Part shown: positions 23,821 through 36,092 of the stretch, piece after piece
Layout of the letters: each line of letters opens with the position of its first letter
Position numbering within the stretch: the first letter of the stretch is position 1
Program-made: the position numbers and the translations under genes
Notes under the pieces: model-generated
Databases searched by the model: none
The model's input: only the letters and a program-made list of their open reading frames with translations
What the model was told of the DNA's origin: nothing
From: Podarcis gaigeae
Lineage: Eukaryota
Length of the DNA: 64,000 nucleotides
Assembly (NCBI GenBank): GCA_964106915.2
Contig: OZ066917.1
Direction: 5' to 3' (one strand)

Positions 23821-24587
23821 TTATTTGTAATTTGGAGTTGGCCTATGAGTAGTAGATGAAATGCTGTACTAACAACAACTGCGTGGCAATAAGCATCGGT
23901 ATATGTTAAAGAGACCAGTGTACCTGACTATTGGGTGATGCAGTGCATTGCTTTGAAGTTTTAAGAGATGTCGATGGAAGAAACATAATGGAAGAGAGCA
24001 TCTGTGCCAATTCAATTATTGAAATAGGATTCACATAGGAGATGATCTTGGCGAATTGCACTCCAGCAAACACTTTCAGGATGTTTATTAGTTTTCAAGC
24101 AACTGTAAAGCTTAAACCAGATGAAGGTACTAAACCGTCAGATTGTGAACAGTTCTCATAAAACTATTGCATAGACTCATTTGGGGAAATGTGTCAACCA
24201 TCAAGCACAAATGGTTATTTGCATGGGGTAGCTGTCATGACCAGGTGTCAGTTGCATAAATTAGTGAACTGAACTCCCCCCCCCCAAAAAAAAAAAATCA
24301 TCTTTGGGTGCCTCTGGAATCTCTGTCTTCATTTTCAGGGTGGGTTGAGCCATCCAACCTCCCCCCCCAAAAAAAAAAAAACTGTTGTGTTGGAGTGGAT
24401 TTGGATGGGTCAGAAATGTTCTTCCACCCAGCCCTGCCTAATTCTGCAAGCATAAGAGCTCTGCTTTCATTGGAGAAGTGTCACTAGGAGGAAACACCCC
24501 AATGTGCCCATCAAATGGTGGAATGGTAGAATCTACTGCTGGTGGCAGTGACCACAAAAGTCATGAAATGGGTGGGGGCAGGGCCTG

Positions 24588-24885
24588 TGAAATATACTTG
24601 GAGTCGAGAGTGGATTTCATGCTCTTTATTCAGCTCAAAGTGGTGAGGAGGAATGGAAGTTCCCCCAGAATGTCTGCCTTATATACATTATTTACACAAT
24701 GGGCCCCACATGATTGGCTAATTCCGAGATTCTCCTGTAGACCAATCAGGTTGCGGATTCCCTTCCACCTGGAGCTGGATTGGGTGGCTCCTGTGGACCA
24801 ATCAGACTGCTGCATTCTGAATCCTATTGTTCTAGGACCAATCAGACTGCTGCTTTTTGGATCCTATTCAACTCAATACATAACA
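24588..24885 (-). mobile_element. Solo LTR
   Basis: TG...CA ends; TSD gcctg / gtctg; minus-strand TATATAAG (24685-24678) and AATAAA (24630-24625); repeated ccaatcag units upstream of the TATA. Confidence 0.78.
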
Positions 24886-26583
24886 GTCTGGGTGGCACAG
24901 GACCTGCTGCCACCACAACAGATTTTCTCTGCCCATCCTCTGTTTTGGCTGGCCCAAACTCTGGCTGCACTGCTCCATCAGGTCTTGCCACTGCCAGCCA
25001 GTGGCATACAATGCCATGGTCTCCACGCCACCCCAGTGCAGAATATAGCAATTGTCGTTTGAAGTGTGCTATCAGACTCCTAATGTAGATACCCATATTT
25101 CAAATCTTCGCCGCAGAAAGTAAATGAGCGCTGTAACTAAGTATCCTCATTCTCCAAATTTGTTTCTTATTACAGACAAATAGCTACATAAATAGAACGT
25201 GAAGGGTGCATGAATAAACAATCAAGTAAGAAAATGGCAAAGTTAAGACTGGGCGCACACCATTAACTCAGATCTCTGGTGGATATATGGCTGCACTTTT
25301 AAATCCTGACTGCTAATTCCGAAAGAATATGTCAAGTAATTCAATCTATCATCGCTGCTCTCGAAATGCAGACACAAGTAGCTGTAATTTCCCTCCCACA
25401 TGTTCCTTTGATGGCCTCAGCCTAGTGGCAAGGAGTTCAGTATAATAGTGCACTTTAATAACGCAATGTGCAATGGTACAGCTCTTTCTCACCAAGGACG
25501 ATTGTGGAATGGCTGAGCCAGCTTTATGTACCAGTTAGCTGGTGGATCTGATAACCCTGACATCGACACCCACAAAAGACAAACAGTATTGCAGCTTGCA
25601 ATTCAAACCTGCAGCTACTTGATAAAGGGCACGAACAACCAACACAATTCAGATAAACAGAAGCGATAAAATCAGACAATTTTTGCCTGTAATGGAAATG
25701 CTGAAGCCAAACTGATTAGAAATCGTTATCATAAGATGAATACTTGTATATAAAGCCAATCAAATATTAGGTGGAGAAACAATCAAGGGGATGGCAGAAC
25801 AGAATCATTAAACTGCACTTTGAAACCAGGCACCTGGCTCTTTGTAATTCCAGAGATAAACACTGTTACTACAGTGTAGAACATTTTAAAAAAAGAAGTC
25901 TAGACCATAAAGAAATGCAACTTTTCCCTTTCTTTCAGTGTTCTAATATCTCACAATGTCTTTGTGGATCTGAACTTCATTTTTTAGAGACTGATATACA
26001 TCAGAATGTTCAAACCATTTCATTTAGATTTTCAGTCCATTTTTGCCCACCCCTTTAAAAAGCACAGAAGAGGTACTACTACATTTAAAGCAAACACACC
26101 GAGCGAATGTGGATTAGAACCAGGTGCATGTACACTGCCAGATTTCTACTAGAACTCCTGCCAGATAGTCCCCTGAAACAGGAAGGTTTAAAGGTAAAGA
26201 TGAGTCATATTGCTGATAGAAAGGAGAATATGGTTGATTCTGGAGTGGTGTGAAACTATATTACCTGTCCACCTGGGCATAAAATGTTGGGCAAAGTGAC
26301 TTTTCAAAGGCAGCATCCTCTAGTCCAGGATGGGTACCATATGGTCCACCATATGTTGTTGGGCCAACTCACATCAGTCCTTGCCAGTAAGGTTGGTCCA
26401 GGATGATGGGAATCATAACAACACCTTGAAGGCCACAGGCTCCCAGCCCTCTCATACCCAAACTAGATACGATGTTACACAATTAAGTGCAATTAACATG
26501 CAGTTGTTGTTGTTTTATATCCAAATAGCACTAGAAGCAAAAGCAAGACCCCTCATGACCATACCCTCCCAAAGCTGGAATTA

Positions 26584-26890
26584 TTTATTTTTCAGAATCA
26601 GTATTCCACCCTTCATCATGACAACAGGATCCTAGAGAGATTTCCAAGTTGTACAAAAATCCAACGAGCAGAAGATGTAAATGAATGTTCCAACAATGCA
26701 ATTTATAAAACCATAGCAGAGTAACAGCCCGAGGCCAAACAAGCACTGGTGGTTACAAGTTAACTCCAGAAAGAAGGATAATAGAATTGTTTTTAACCCA
26801 TCAGTGGGAGTCACTGCTGCCCAGACTTCCAGAGGAAAAGAATTCTAGAGCCAGGGTGGGGCCGCTACAGAGAAGGCCTTGCAACATGTC
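26584..26890 (-). mobile_element. Old L2-type 3' fragment
   Basis: tttattt tail-like start and ggggccgctacagagaaggcc, a motif shared with the other L2 copies. Confidence 0.5.
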
Positions 26891-27020
26891 ACTGTTTGCA
26901 CAGAGTGGGAAGCCTCCATAGTGCCTCAATTTCAGAATAAACGGATACAACATACAGCAGGCAGAAAGGAGCTTTCAGCAATGTGTAACAGGGTGAGAAG
27001 GAGAAGGCAGTGATCCTTAG

Positions 27021-27200
27021 TGGAAGGCGGTGTGGTATAGTGACTAGAATGTTGGACTACGATCTAGGAGACCAGCGTTCAAATTCCCATTCAGCCATGA
27101 AGCACACTGAGTCAGTTTCTCTCTGTCAAAAACACCCCACTGGGTTATTAGGAGGATACAATGAGGAAAGTAAGGCCATGTAATTCCACCCCAGAGCTCC
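27021..27200 (+). mobile_element. Old tRNA-derived (MIR/Squam2-like) SINE
   Basis: tggtatagtgactagaatgttggact...gttcaaattccc A/B boxes, followed by cattcagccatgaagc. Confidence 0.65.
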
Positions 27201-28653
27201 CTGGGGGATTAGTAAGAAATGAATGTTCTAAATAAGTTTTAGGGGGTGCTACAATCACACAGATCCCTGTTTGTTGTTGTTGTTGTTGTCTGTAAAGCAC
27301 CGGAAGGTGCGAGCTTTATAGATTGTGCTTCTGAGAATTTTGAAAACCACTGGTTTGAAATGCTATCCGGAAGGACTCAAAAGGATCCACAGGGCAAAGA
27401 CAAGATGAGTGCACTCAGTCAGTGAGATGGGGTAACCGGCTGGAAAATAAGAAGATGTAATGTGAATCAAACAATAGTTTTGGGCTTTCTTATGTACAGA
27501 ATGAAGCCTGCATGAAATGGATTACCAATGAAGCCACAGCAAGTGCAACTGAGAATGAATTTTAAAGCAGTCGAAAGAGTGTCTTTACGAATACAAATGA
27601 TGGCTTGTGACGATTGTCTGTGAGAAACAACAAGGAAGAGCAAGGCTGCATATGAAAAAGATGCACCATTTAGCGGAGGAAAAAGTCTGCCATAGCCAGC
27701 AATCTGTCATGCCAGAAACTCTTGGCAGCTCTTGTCTAAAGAGATGGGGGCAACTTGTTTCAGCTAAGGGCTGCATTTCCTTCTAGGCCACACCCCATCT
27801 TCCCAAGACACAACCCTCACTTTTCCCTGAGTGAGTGAGTGAGTGAGTGAGGTGAGTGAGGTTAGTTAGTTAGTTAGTTAGTTAGTATGCCATCCTTCAT
27901 CTGAAGATCACAGAGCGGGGACTTCCAGGGGAGGAGCATGGCAGGCTAAATACCTTCTGTCAACAGCTCATTGACAAAGATAATTACATGGTTATTAAAG
28001 ATAGCCAAGTCATTATTCTTGCCTGTCAAATTTGCTCAAGGAAAAGAGAGTGTACAAGGGATCAACCTCTGATGTTCTGTAAAAGCCGCTTTCTATGTCA
28101 GGAGATTGAGAAACTTGGGCTCCTAGAAACTTAAGTTGGGAGTGAGTGACTTAGAGCGGAGGAAATAAAATTGTTTCCCCAAACCATGCATCAGCCCTCA
28201 AGGCATAAGGGCAGCAGGCCTCCATTTCTCTAACAATCTTTATGACACCTCGCCTTGTGGGAAAGGAACATGGATTAATAAGGAAAGCTGTGAAGACCCT
28301 AAGGTGGAGACGGGAGATGGAAGTTCTTAAAGTGGAGTTGAGCTGTTAATAAGACCAAGAACATCCAATATGGCAAATACCGGTACATCCTTGGACACTC
28401 TGTTGACTGTTGGCATCTTGCAGCAATTATTCGAGGAACAAATAAAATAGATCAGAGCTGGGATTGATGAAATGGTGAATGAAAATGGACCACAGAAGGA
28501 TAAAATGGAAAGTGGATTTAAAGAAGACACAGAGAACTTTGGAGAACGTTATTGATAAAGGATTGCCAGTACAGGAGAGTGAAATGGTAGTGCTGGAGGC
28601 AGCAGATGATGAAATGGAGAAGTCCTTCACACAGGTGTCTACAGCAATGAAAC

Positions 28654-29080
28654 TGTCACGGTCCGGTCTATGGGCGATCAAAGTCCCGGCTGAGGACGTC
28701 GGGACCGGGGGCAAGATGGGGGTGGGAGCAGGAATGAGAGTCTAGAAGTCAGGGGTCTGAGGGTCAGGAAGCAAGGAGTCATGAAGTCAAGGGTCTGAGG
28801 ATCAAGAAGCAAGGAGTCAGGAAGCCGAGGTCCGAGGATCAGGAAGCAAGAAGTCAAGAAGCCAAACGCAGCAAGGCAGGAAGCATGTTGCTGTGGCAAA
28901 GAGCCAAAGGGAAATGCTGACCTTATATCCCTTCCTGGCTCTTGCCACCAGGTGCTGTGAGTTACCAATTGGCCTCACCTGTACAGCCACACCTTGCCTC
29001 TTCAGAACAAACTTAGGAAGGCCCCAGTCCTGCAAAGTCCTACTGGTCACAGGGCCTGGCTCCTGCACGCACTCCTGACA
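28654..29080 (-). mobile_element. Solo LTR (Gypsy-like)
   Basis: tgtca...tgaca termini; TSD gaaac / gtaac; minus-strand atataagg near 28921; internal tandem units of about 36 bp (gaagtcaggggtctgagggtcaggaagcaaggagtc). Confidence 0.75.
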
Positions 29081-29101
29081 GTAACAACCAAATGGCAGAG
29101 C

Positions 29102-29536
29102 TGTGATGTTGGAGGACTAGGATGAAGCCATGGATGGAGAGGTGAAGATACATACTGAGCTGGCTGTCATGGGCAGGAGTCGGCTTCACCTGCTGAGCAG
29201 CAGCCTGCTGAGCAGAAGGCGAAGTGACTCCACCTGCTGCTGATCAGCCTTCTTGCTCCTGATGAGAACCAGCTGGCTCCAGCTTTCCCAGCCTCAAGTC
29301 AGTTGCTGGAAACAACATTTGTTATTACTGCTCAGACCTTGCTGCTTCTTGCTTCTCGTGACCTTGGATCCTTGGCTTTCTTGACTCCTGGATCATCTGA
29401 CTACATGAACTGAGATACTCCTGACCTTAGAACTGGACCTTGTATACGGACTCTGCCTCCAGGCAAGTACCTCCCTGAGACTTGGGTGGTTGGCTGGCTT
29501 CTCCCTCCACAGAGTTCTGCTGTGACTGGCAGCACA
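29102..29536 (+). mobile_element. Solo LTR-like element
   Basis: tgtgatg...cagcaca termini (6/7 inverted); 4-bp flanks gagc / gaac; pyrimidine-rich tandem region mirrors the neighbouring LTR in opposite orientation. Confidence 0.6.
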
Positions 29537-30857
29537 GAACTACAACATGGACAGAGTTAGAGTTGAGAGAGAAAGGACTCTGTGTACAATTTGGATTAAA
29601 TTTAGAGGAAAAAGCTACCAAGCTTTTCTTGGGGAAAGAGTGGAAGGAGCATAAATGGAAGAGATGGTTTTTTAAAAAATGGAAAACCACAGCAAATAGG
29701 ACTGGAAGATATGGAACTGGATGTGAATTAATGAATACACAATAAGTAAATAACTACAAAATATTATTTTAACATATGACCACAATGGAGACACCCTTAT
29801 GTGAACAAAGACAAAAAGATTTATTATTCTTTAATATGGAGACAAGGTTGCTGAAGCTACTGGAGGCAAAGTTGTTAGGTATGGATAGAGAAAAATATTG
29901 TTGATAGTTATTAATAACTAGAGAACCCCTTATGGACTTTTTGTGTGGAAAGAAAAATTAATGTATTTGAATGACATGGGTGTACAAAAAGCAAATATTC
30001 AGCTCACAGTCAACTAATAGTTCTGTAGCTGATAGTGAGCTAAATGAACATCTGAACACAATCCTATATGTGCCTGATCAAGAGTAAGTTACATTTAGTT
30101 TTATTATGATGATTATTATTATTAGTTTAACAAGGCTTCCTCTCAAGCAAGTGAACATGGGACTGAAGATATAGTGGATTTGAGCTGAATTTGAGCCTCT
30201 ACTGTTCACAACTCTGAATTTTTTTGGTCGTTTTAAAAATCAGATTCTTATATTTTCCCTGGATTCTTAGCACTCTCCTTAAGTCTTTGTCCTGAACTGT
30301 TATGCAGATAACAATTTCTTGTATGGCTTTCATCAAACTGCTTTTGTAAGGAGATGTTGCCCATCTGTGATGAGACACTAAATTCAAGTCTCTGAAAGGC
30401 GCAGAGCTGATTTTGCAATGTATTAGTATATTTCCAGTTCTCATTTGGGACAACAGGTGCTTGGCTTTAATCACTGGCTTTGATTTGATTGTTTTCCATC
30501 CTGATAATTCGGTTGGTTGGCTTGCAAGGTGGTATGTTATCATCTTGATAGAAGTTTGTACCAACCTCCCACTCTAATCCTTCACTACCACCACCCACAG
30601 TATTTGGAGCTGTTTCTGTTTGGACTGTACATTGATGCTGCATGCTAATCCTCAAATCAAAGACATCAGAGGACAAATGGCTTAAAAAAATTTAATGTGA
30701 TGGGAGAAAAATATTCCCCAAATAATTAGCCCAATGAGCAGCCTACTGGCCCAACACCAATTATTGCTCCACAGGCATCTATATCCTCAAGCATAGGCGC
30801 CTGAGTGTGATACTAGTACGGTGCATGAGGTCAGATTCCAATAGCTAGCAAAGTTCA

Positions 30858-31002
30858 AGGGTGACCACCAGATGCAAAAGAGAACAGGGCCCCTGCTTCC
30901 TTAACAGTTGCAGGGATGAGATTTTTCCATTTACTGAAACTTCATTTTCTCAGGATCTATTTGAAACCCAGGACTCTTGTTGTCCTTTGAATCTGTTCAC
31001 CC
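30858..31002. mobile_element. hAT-like MITE, degenerate
   Basis: ggggtgacca ... tgttcaccct termini. Confidence 0.5.
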
Positions 31003-31140
31003 TGCAGAGATTGTCAAAAGCAACCTGTTAGTTGTATTTTCGGGCTGTGTACCCGCTATGCCATTTGTCACACAACAATGCAGTTTTTTCTCATTCCAAA
31101 AGAGTTCACACTCATCTTCAACGTGCTGCTTTCAGTCTAG

Positions 31141-31281
31141 ATTGATCGGTAGCTCAGTTGGTTAAGAGCGTGGTGTTGATAACGCCATGGTTGCAGGTTT
31201 GATCCAGTTGCATATTTCTGCATTGCAGGGGGTTGAACTAGATGATGCTCAGAGCCCCATCAAAATCTATGATTCTGTGAC
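31141..31281 (+). mobile_element. tRNA-Ile-derived SINE with CR1-like tail
   Basis: tagctcagttggttaagagcgtggtgttgataacgccatggttgcaggtttgatcc matches the vertebrate tRNA-Ile body; acceptor stem absent; 3' part ggttgaactagatgat...ctatgattctgtga. Confidence 0.8.
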
Positions 31282-31427
31282 TTCTACATCCTGCCTTCTA
31301 TAAGGGTGGGTGTGGTCACTTGGTACACATTTGAAAACTCCCCTTGATCAGGTTACCCATGCCTTTTCCTCCCTTCACATACCCCAGGTGAGAGAATAAG
31401 GAAGTGGGAATTGTGAGCTTGTCGTAC

Positions 31428-31868
31428 TGTATTATTGGCAAAACCTATTGCTGTTTCGCAACTTTCCAACTAGTTGCAGGACCTTAGCCAGACCTAGCAG
31501 AGTAAACGCAAAATCCACGGAAGCAATTGGCAACTTGTCTGCAGACAGGATAGACAAAGCAGGAACCAGGAACTTGTAGTTAGGTGTTTTTTATATACAG
31601 TGGACTATTTACAGGAACAGAACACGGATCTTTAGCTAGCTCTCTCATACACAACTCTCAACCTCCAACTCCTACACTGACACTCGTACTAACACACATT
31701 CCAGTTAGTAGGACATTAATCATTATTCCCGTAAGAGCTTGACCAATCATGGAGCTGTCTCCATGCCTCTGTATCACCAGGCAGACTTACTCCTTCACAT
31801 TGCTTTTTGGCTGTCTGCCAAACCTTAATTGACTGTGTGAGTAGCTGCACGTATTCAGTTTCCCAACA
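31428..31868 (-). mobile_element. Candidate solo LTR
   Basis: tgt...aaca termini; flanks cgtac / tgtat (3/5, transitions only); contains ccaatca. Confidence 0.45.
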
Positions 31869-34800
31869 TGTATGCCTACTCGCAACATCATTGGGCAGTT
31901 GCTGGATCCACCTGCATCAATTTTCATTGGTTTTTAAATAGACACACAGCAGCCTAATGCAGAATTAATCTCCAATGAGCTGTTGGGGACAAAAAAAAAA
32001 GCAATGGATCTTCGTTGGGTGTGGACTATGTAGAAAAAACAAGTACGCAGTCTCCATTGATTCTGGAATTAAATGTTGCGTGTACATAGCTGCAGTCTAA
32101 CCTTTTTAGAACCATCTAGTCATTTTAGAATTGCAAAGATTTTAATAGCGGGCCACTGAACTTCACCTCTCTATTTATTGCATTACCTAATCTCAGAAGT
32201 TTGGTACAAGTTACATTCAATATGAAGCATAGATAAAATGCTGTTAAATCATTGCATTAAATATGGATCCCATTTGGCAAGTCTCCCAGGGATGGGAATT
32301 TCATTGCTGGAAGGCAGCCAGAGGGGACACCTTTCTGTGAGTCCTTGCTGTGGAGAGTTAGTGCAGAGGTGGCATTACGAAGGGAAGCCCTCTTGGCTGA
32401 TCTTTAAAATGCGACTAGGAAACTACGATCAGAACTGGTGGTGATTTTCCAGGAGAAATAACAGACTGCATGTGTGAGGCCTGGGCTAACGGTGTGCTGT
32501 CAATTAGACAAACCTGAGCTAGGTTTCCTAAATTAGAGTTGGGGATAGGGTCAGAAATCCAAGTAGGGGTACTTGGCTATATGAGCACTTTTGCTCAAAT
32601 GAATTACAAGAATAAAAAGCATAGTGGGCAAACTTCACCTTGATCAGACGCCCCCGTTCCTTCAGCCTTGAGCTTTACTTCTGCTATCCCTTCCCTTCAA
32701 CAAAGGGAAAAGGGAAACCTCACCTTAAAGAAGGGAAAGTGAGTGGCAGGTGTCAGAAAGCCTCCTTGGGAATAAATGATGCTCTGAACATCTTTGAGAG
32801 TTTCTCCTCAGGCAATATTCTTCGGGAAGGCAGGGGAAATTCAGTTAAATTTCTCAGAGGTAACCCTCATTATTTCTTCTGCTAAGGTATGGGACCACCT
32901 TCTGTTGCCATCAGGAATGGGTGGATGCTAGAGTTATCTTCAAAAGTTACCCATTATCTCATCAGTGATTATGTTTCTTAAATAGTAATAATAATAAATA
33001 AATAGAGTTCTGAGAGAGCTTTCATGTAGTGCCAGGAACTGCCATTTGAAGAGGTGTGTTGCCTCGTATTTAAAGTTGCCCCTGAGATCTGTCAGAGCAA
33101 CAGAGAGCATTTTGAAGCATTAATATGGAATAATGGTCTCCGACAGCCATAATAGACTCCATGCTGCAGCCACAAATACTGGGCCAAAGTATGTTGCTTC
33201 CCTTACAAGGGCAAAAGGAAAACACTTGAATTACAAAATACAACCAAAACACGAAGACGTTCTTAGAGTTGATTTTTTGATTTTCTCAAGAGGTTTGACT
33301 AATGGGTAAATCAGGACAATTTCTGACTGCTGATTAAATTTACATTTACCTTTGGTGTTTGTATTTGGTTAGAGCTGGAGGGCTGCAAGACACGAGGCCA
33401 TAATGGGTAGAGTTAGAATCAATTCAAGCAGTTGCACAAAGTTACTTAATTGTGAATTCAGAGCTGGCAGCCAATTTTAAGCTGCACCAGTCCTTTCTTC
33501 TGACTTTCCACAGGTGTAGCAGCATCCTCTGTGGTGGATTTGGCAGAGGGGCACTTCCACCGCATCCAAACACCTTCCAGCCAATCAGTCTGCAGATTAG
33601 GATTGCACTCTTGAAACCACCAGGGTTCTCTTATTCTCAGCAATCACTTGGAGTATTTTAATTGGGATAAGCTATGATGTTGATAATAGCTATTTATCGA
33701 ACCTAATCTAGATTATCTGAATATTGAGCATTCATCCTGATTTGTTACAGAAAGTTTGCATGGAAGTTATGTGGCATTGACACATTCACTGACCCATTCT
33801 AATTTGTTTGAAAGGAGACTATACTTTCCTCTTTATCTATCCATCACTTTCCTTAAGGTTTTGTTTTCCTTTGCTTTCTGAAGCAGGTTTGTTGCACAAG
33901 AGCACCAGGTGCCCTTTAATTGCGCAACCTGAGTTTGCTCTTCTAGTCCTACTGAACAATTGTGTGCAAAATATCCTTGTATTTTTAATGTAAATCATAT
34001 TGATCCAGTAGTTAGAAAACCATGTTGCAAGTCTCGTGATTGATTTGGAGCAAAATGGGCTTAAACCAGGCATAAAATGTATACTAGAGACGAGCAGTAA
34101 TTTTGAAACTAGCCTCATGCATCTGTGTTTTTACAGATTCCAACTAACTGCAGCACTGGTACAGGCTAACTGGGCAATCCACTGTGTGATAAATTTGCAC
34201 AAGACACACTTCTAGGAGATTCCAGTGTCATGTACAGAGATTGTCATCAGTGGCAAGGACCAGATTCTTCAGTATGGAGAAAGAACAGTGGCAGTATTGT
34301 AAAGAGGAGCCTGTTGTAATATGTTTCTATAGCAACTGAGGAAACTGTTGCTGTGATAGAAGGGGGGGAGTTACTATGACAACAGATGGTAACTTTTGTA
34401 ATTTGGGGAAGTCGGAGAGAGCATTGCTATTACCTCTAATGTCATCCAGGTAATTAGTGATGGGAAGGAGCATTTCTATGTGTTTTATTGCCAACTGTAT
34501 TTTTTAGAAATAAAGAAATTATTATTAAGTTTGCATAATCTTTTTCCACATGAATTATACTCCTTATTTTGCTTCCAAGGAGTTCTGTGTTTTATAATCT
34601 GTTTGTGTGCATGCATACATGCAAAAAAGGCAGAGGGGATGTTCAAGACCACAAATTAAAATGTTTCTTAAATATTTTGCACTACATGGCAGCGTTTCTT
34701 GAACAGAGGAGTTGTGGGGTTTGCACTGTGCACAGAGAGCTGCTTTGGCAGTTTTAGAATCAGGAGAAACAATCCAGTAAACTGGTCTTCTCCCCAAAGC

Positions 34801-34920
34801 ACCACTTTAACAAATGGAGATTGTACAGCAGAAACATTGAGTGAACTCTTGTAAACATATCTTAACATGTTTTCAGATAATGGTTCTCACAGCAGGGGCA
34901 TCACCAGAAAGCATTATAAC

Positions 34921-35097
34921 CAGTGATTTTTTCTGGGGGACGCAGGGGTATGCAAACCCCTAAACATTTTGTGAATCTTTGTACTTTTGTCCATTTATTG
35001 TATTTATTTTTCCTGATTTGAACTACAAAATGGTATTTTCTTGGTACTCTCAAAATGAGAGTACCCCTAAACATTTTTTTGGAAAATAAAAGCACTG
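34921..35097. mobile_element. hAT MITE
   Basis: cagtgatttttt ... aaaagcactg; perfect 8-bp TSD attataac. Confidence 0.88.
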
Positions 35098-35221
35098 ATT
35101 ATAACTATAAATGGAAAACATGATCTGTTGGTACAAACCAGCTGCCCTGGTTCCTTTTGGGAATACTAAGGAACAAGGCAATCTTGAGAACGGAACAGTT
35201 ACAGTGATATAATACTTATAT

Positions 35222-35410
35222 CAAAATAAAAGAATTCCTTCCAGTAGCACCTTAAAGACCAACTTAGTTAGTTCTTGGTATGAGCTTTCGTGTGCATGCA
35301 CACGAAAGCTCATACCAAGAACTAACTTAGTTGGTCTTTAAGGTGCTACTGGAAGGAATTCTTTTATTTTGTTTTGACTATGGCAGACCAACACGGCTAC
35401 CTATCTGTAA
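35222..35410 (+). mobile_element. Penelope-like pseudo-LTR fragment forming a 150-bp palindrome
   Basis: 35222-35296 is the reverse complement of 35297-35371 (1 mismatch); perfect 13-bp TSD ataatacttatat (35209-35221 / 35411-35423). Confidence 0.88.
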
Positions 35411-35827
35411 ATAATACTTATATGGCGGCCACTGGAAGTGGGTGTTTGTATATGTAATGCAAATTGTGGTCTCCCCCCTCCAGAATACCATCACAGTCCT
35501 ATTATTTATGTATTTAACAAAATTTATATACTGCAGAATCAAGCCCACCCTCAATTGAGAAAGTAGAGAGAGGTTGTGAGGCAGTTTCTGCTTTCAGACA
35601 AAACCAGTTTGCACTCAGCCTTTCAGCATTTTTTTGCAGATTATTGTTATCTATTGATAAAGCTGTGGTACAAGTTAACCCAAGTATATTACCTCTTTAT
35701 TTTGGGAATGGGGGAAGGGCAGAAATAAAGGATTGTTTTAAGTGAAATGTGAATATATTTACAAACTGGTGATCTGTTGTTGTTTTTTCAATTGTAAATA
35801 ATTAGTTCTAATCTGCTTTCATTGCAG

Positions 35828-36051
35828 GAATACCAAATTGATATTTTTTTTGCTCAGACATGGACTGACAGCCGCCTTCGTTTTAACAGCACCATGAAAA
35901 GAAGTCTCACCCTGAACAGCAATATGGTCGGGTTAATATGGATCCCAGATACTATCTTCAGGAATTCTAAAACTGCAGAAGCTCATTGGATTACTACACC
36001 TAATCAGCTCCTGAGAATATGGAATGATGGGAAGATCCTGTATACTCTAAG
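35828..36051 (+). CDS. GABRG3: GABA-A receptor gamma-3 subunit, internal coding exon (exon 4 equivalent, extracellular domain)
   Basis: ttgcag acceptor and AG/gtagga donor. Translates [74 protein letters not shown](R). The motifs [20 protein letters not shown] and NQLL/GKIL match gamma-3 rather than gamma-1 or gamma-2. Length 224 bp. Confidence 0.96.
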
Positions 36052-36092
36052 GTAGGAAGTTAATGTTTGTCCCTTTCACGTCAGTTAAACTT

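Larger units (their letters stand above)
27917..29980 (+). mobile_element. Degenerate L1-like 5' region / ORF1-like remnant, interrupted by two LTRs
   Basis: Starts ggggacttccagg...atggc; broken A/G-rich coiled-coil-like reading from 28369 (MANTGTSLDTLLTVGILQQLFEEQIK*). No diagnostic motif. Confidence 0.4.

Noticed and set aside
28740-28865. Regularly spaced repeats resembling a CRISPR array
   Set aside because: Tandem units without unique spacers, inside a solo LTR in a vertebrate genome.
31141-31215. Functional tRNA-Ile gene
   Set aside because: Acceptor stem missing, T-arm degenerate and fused to a LINE-like tail; it is a SINE head.
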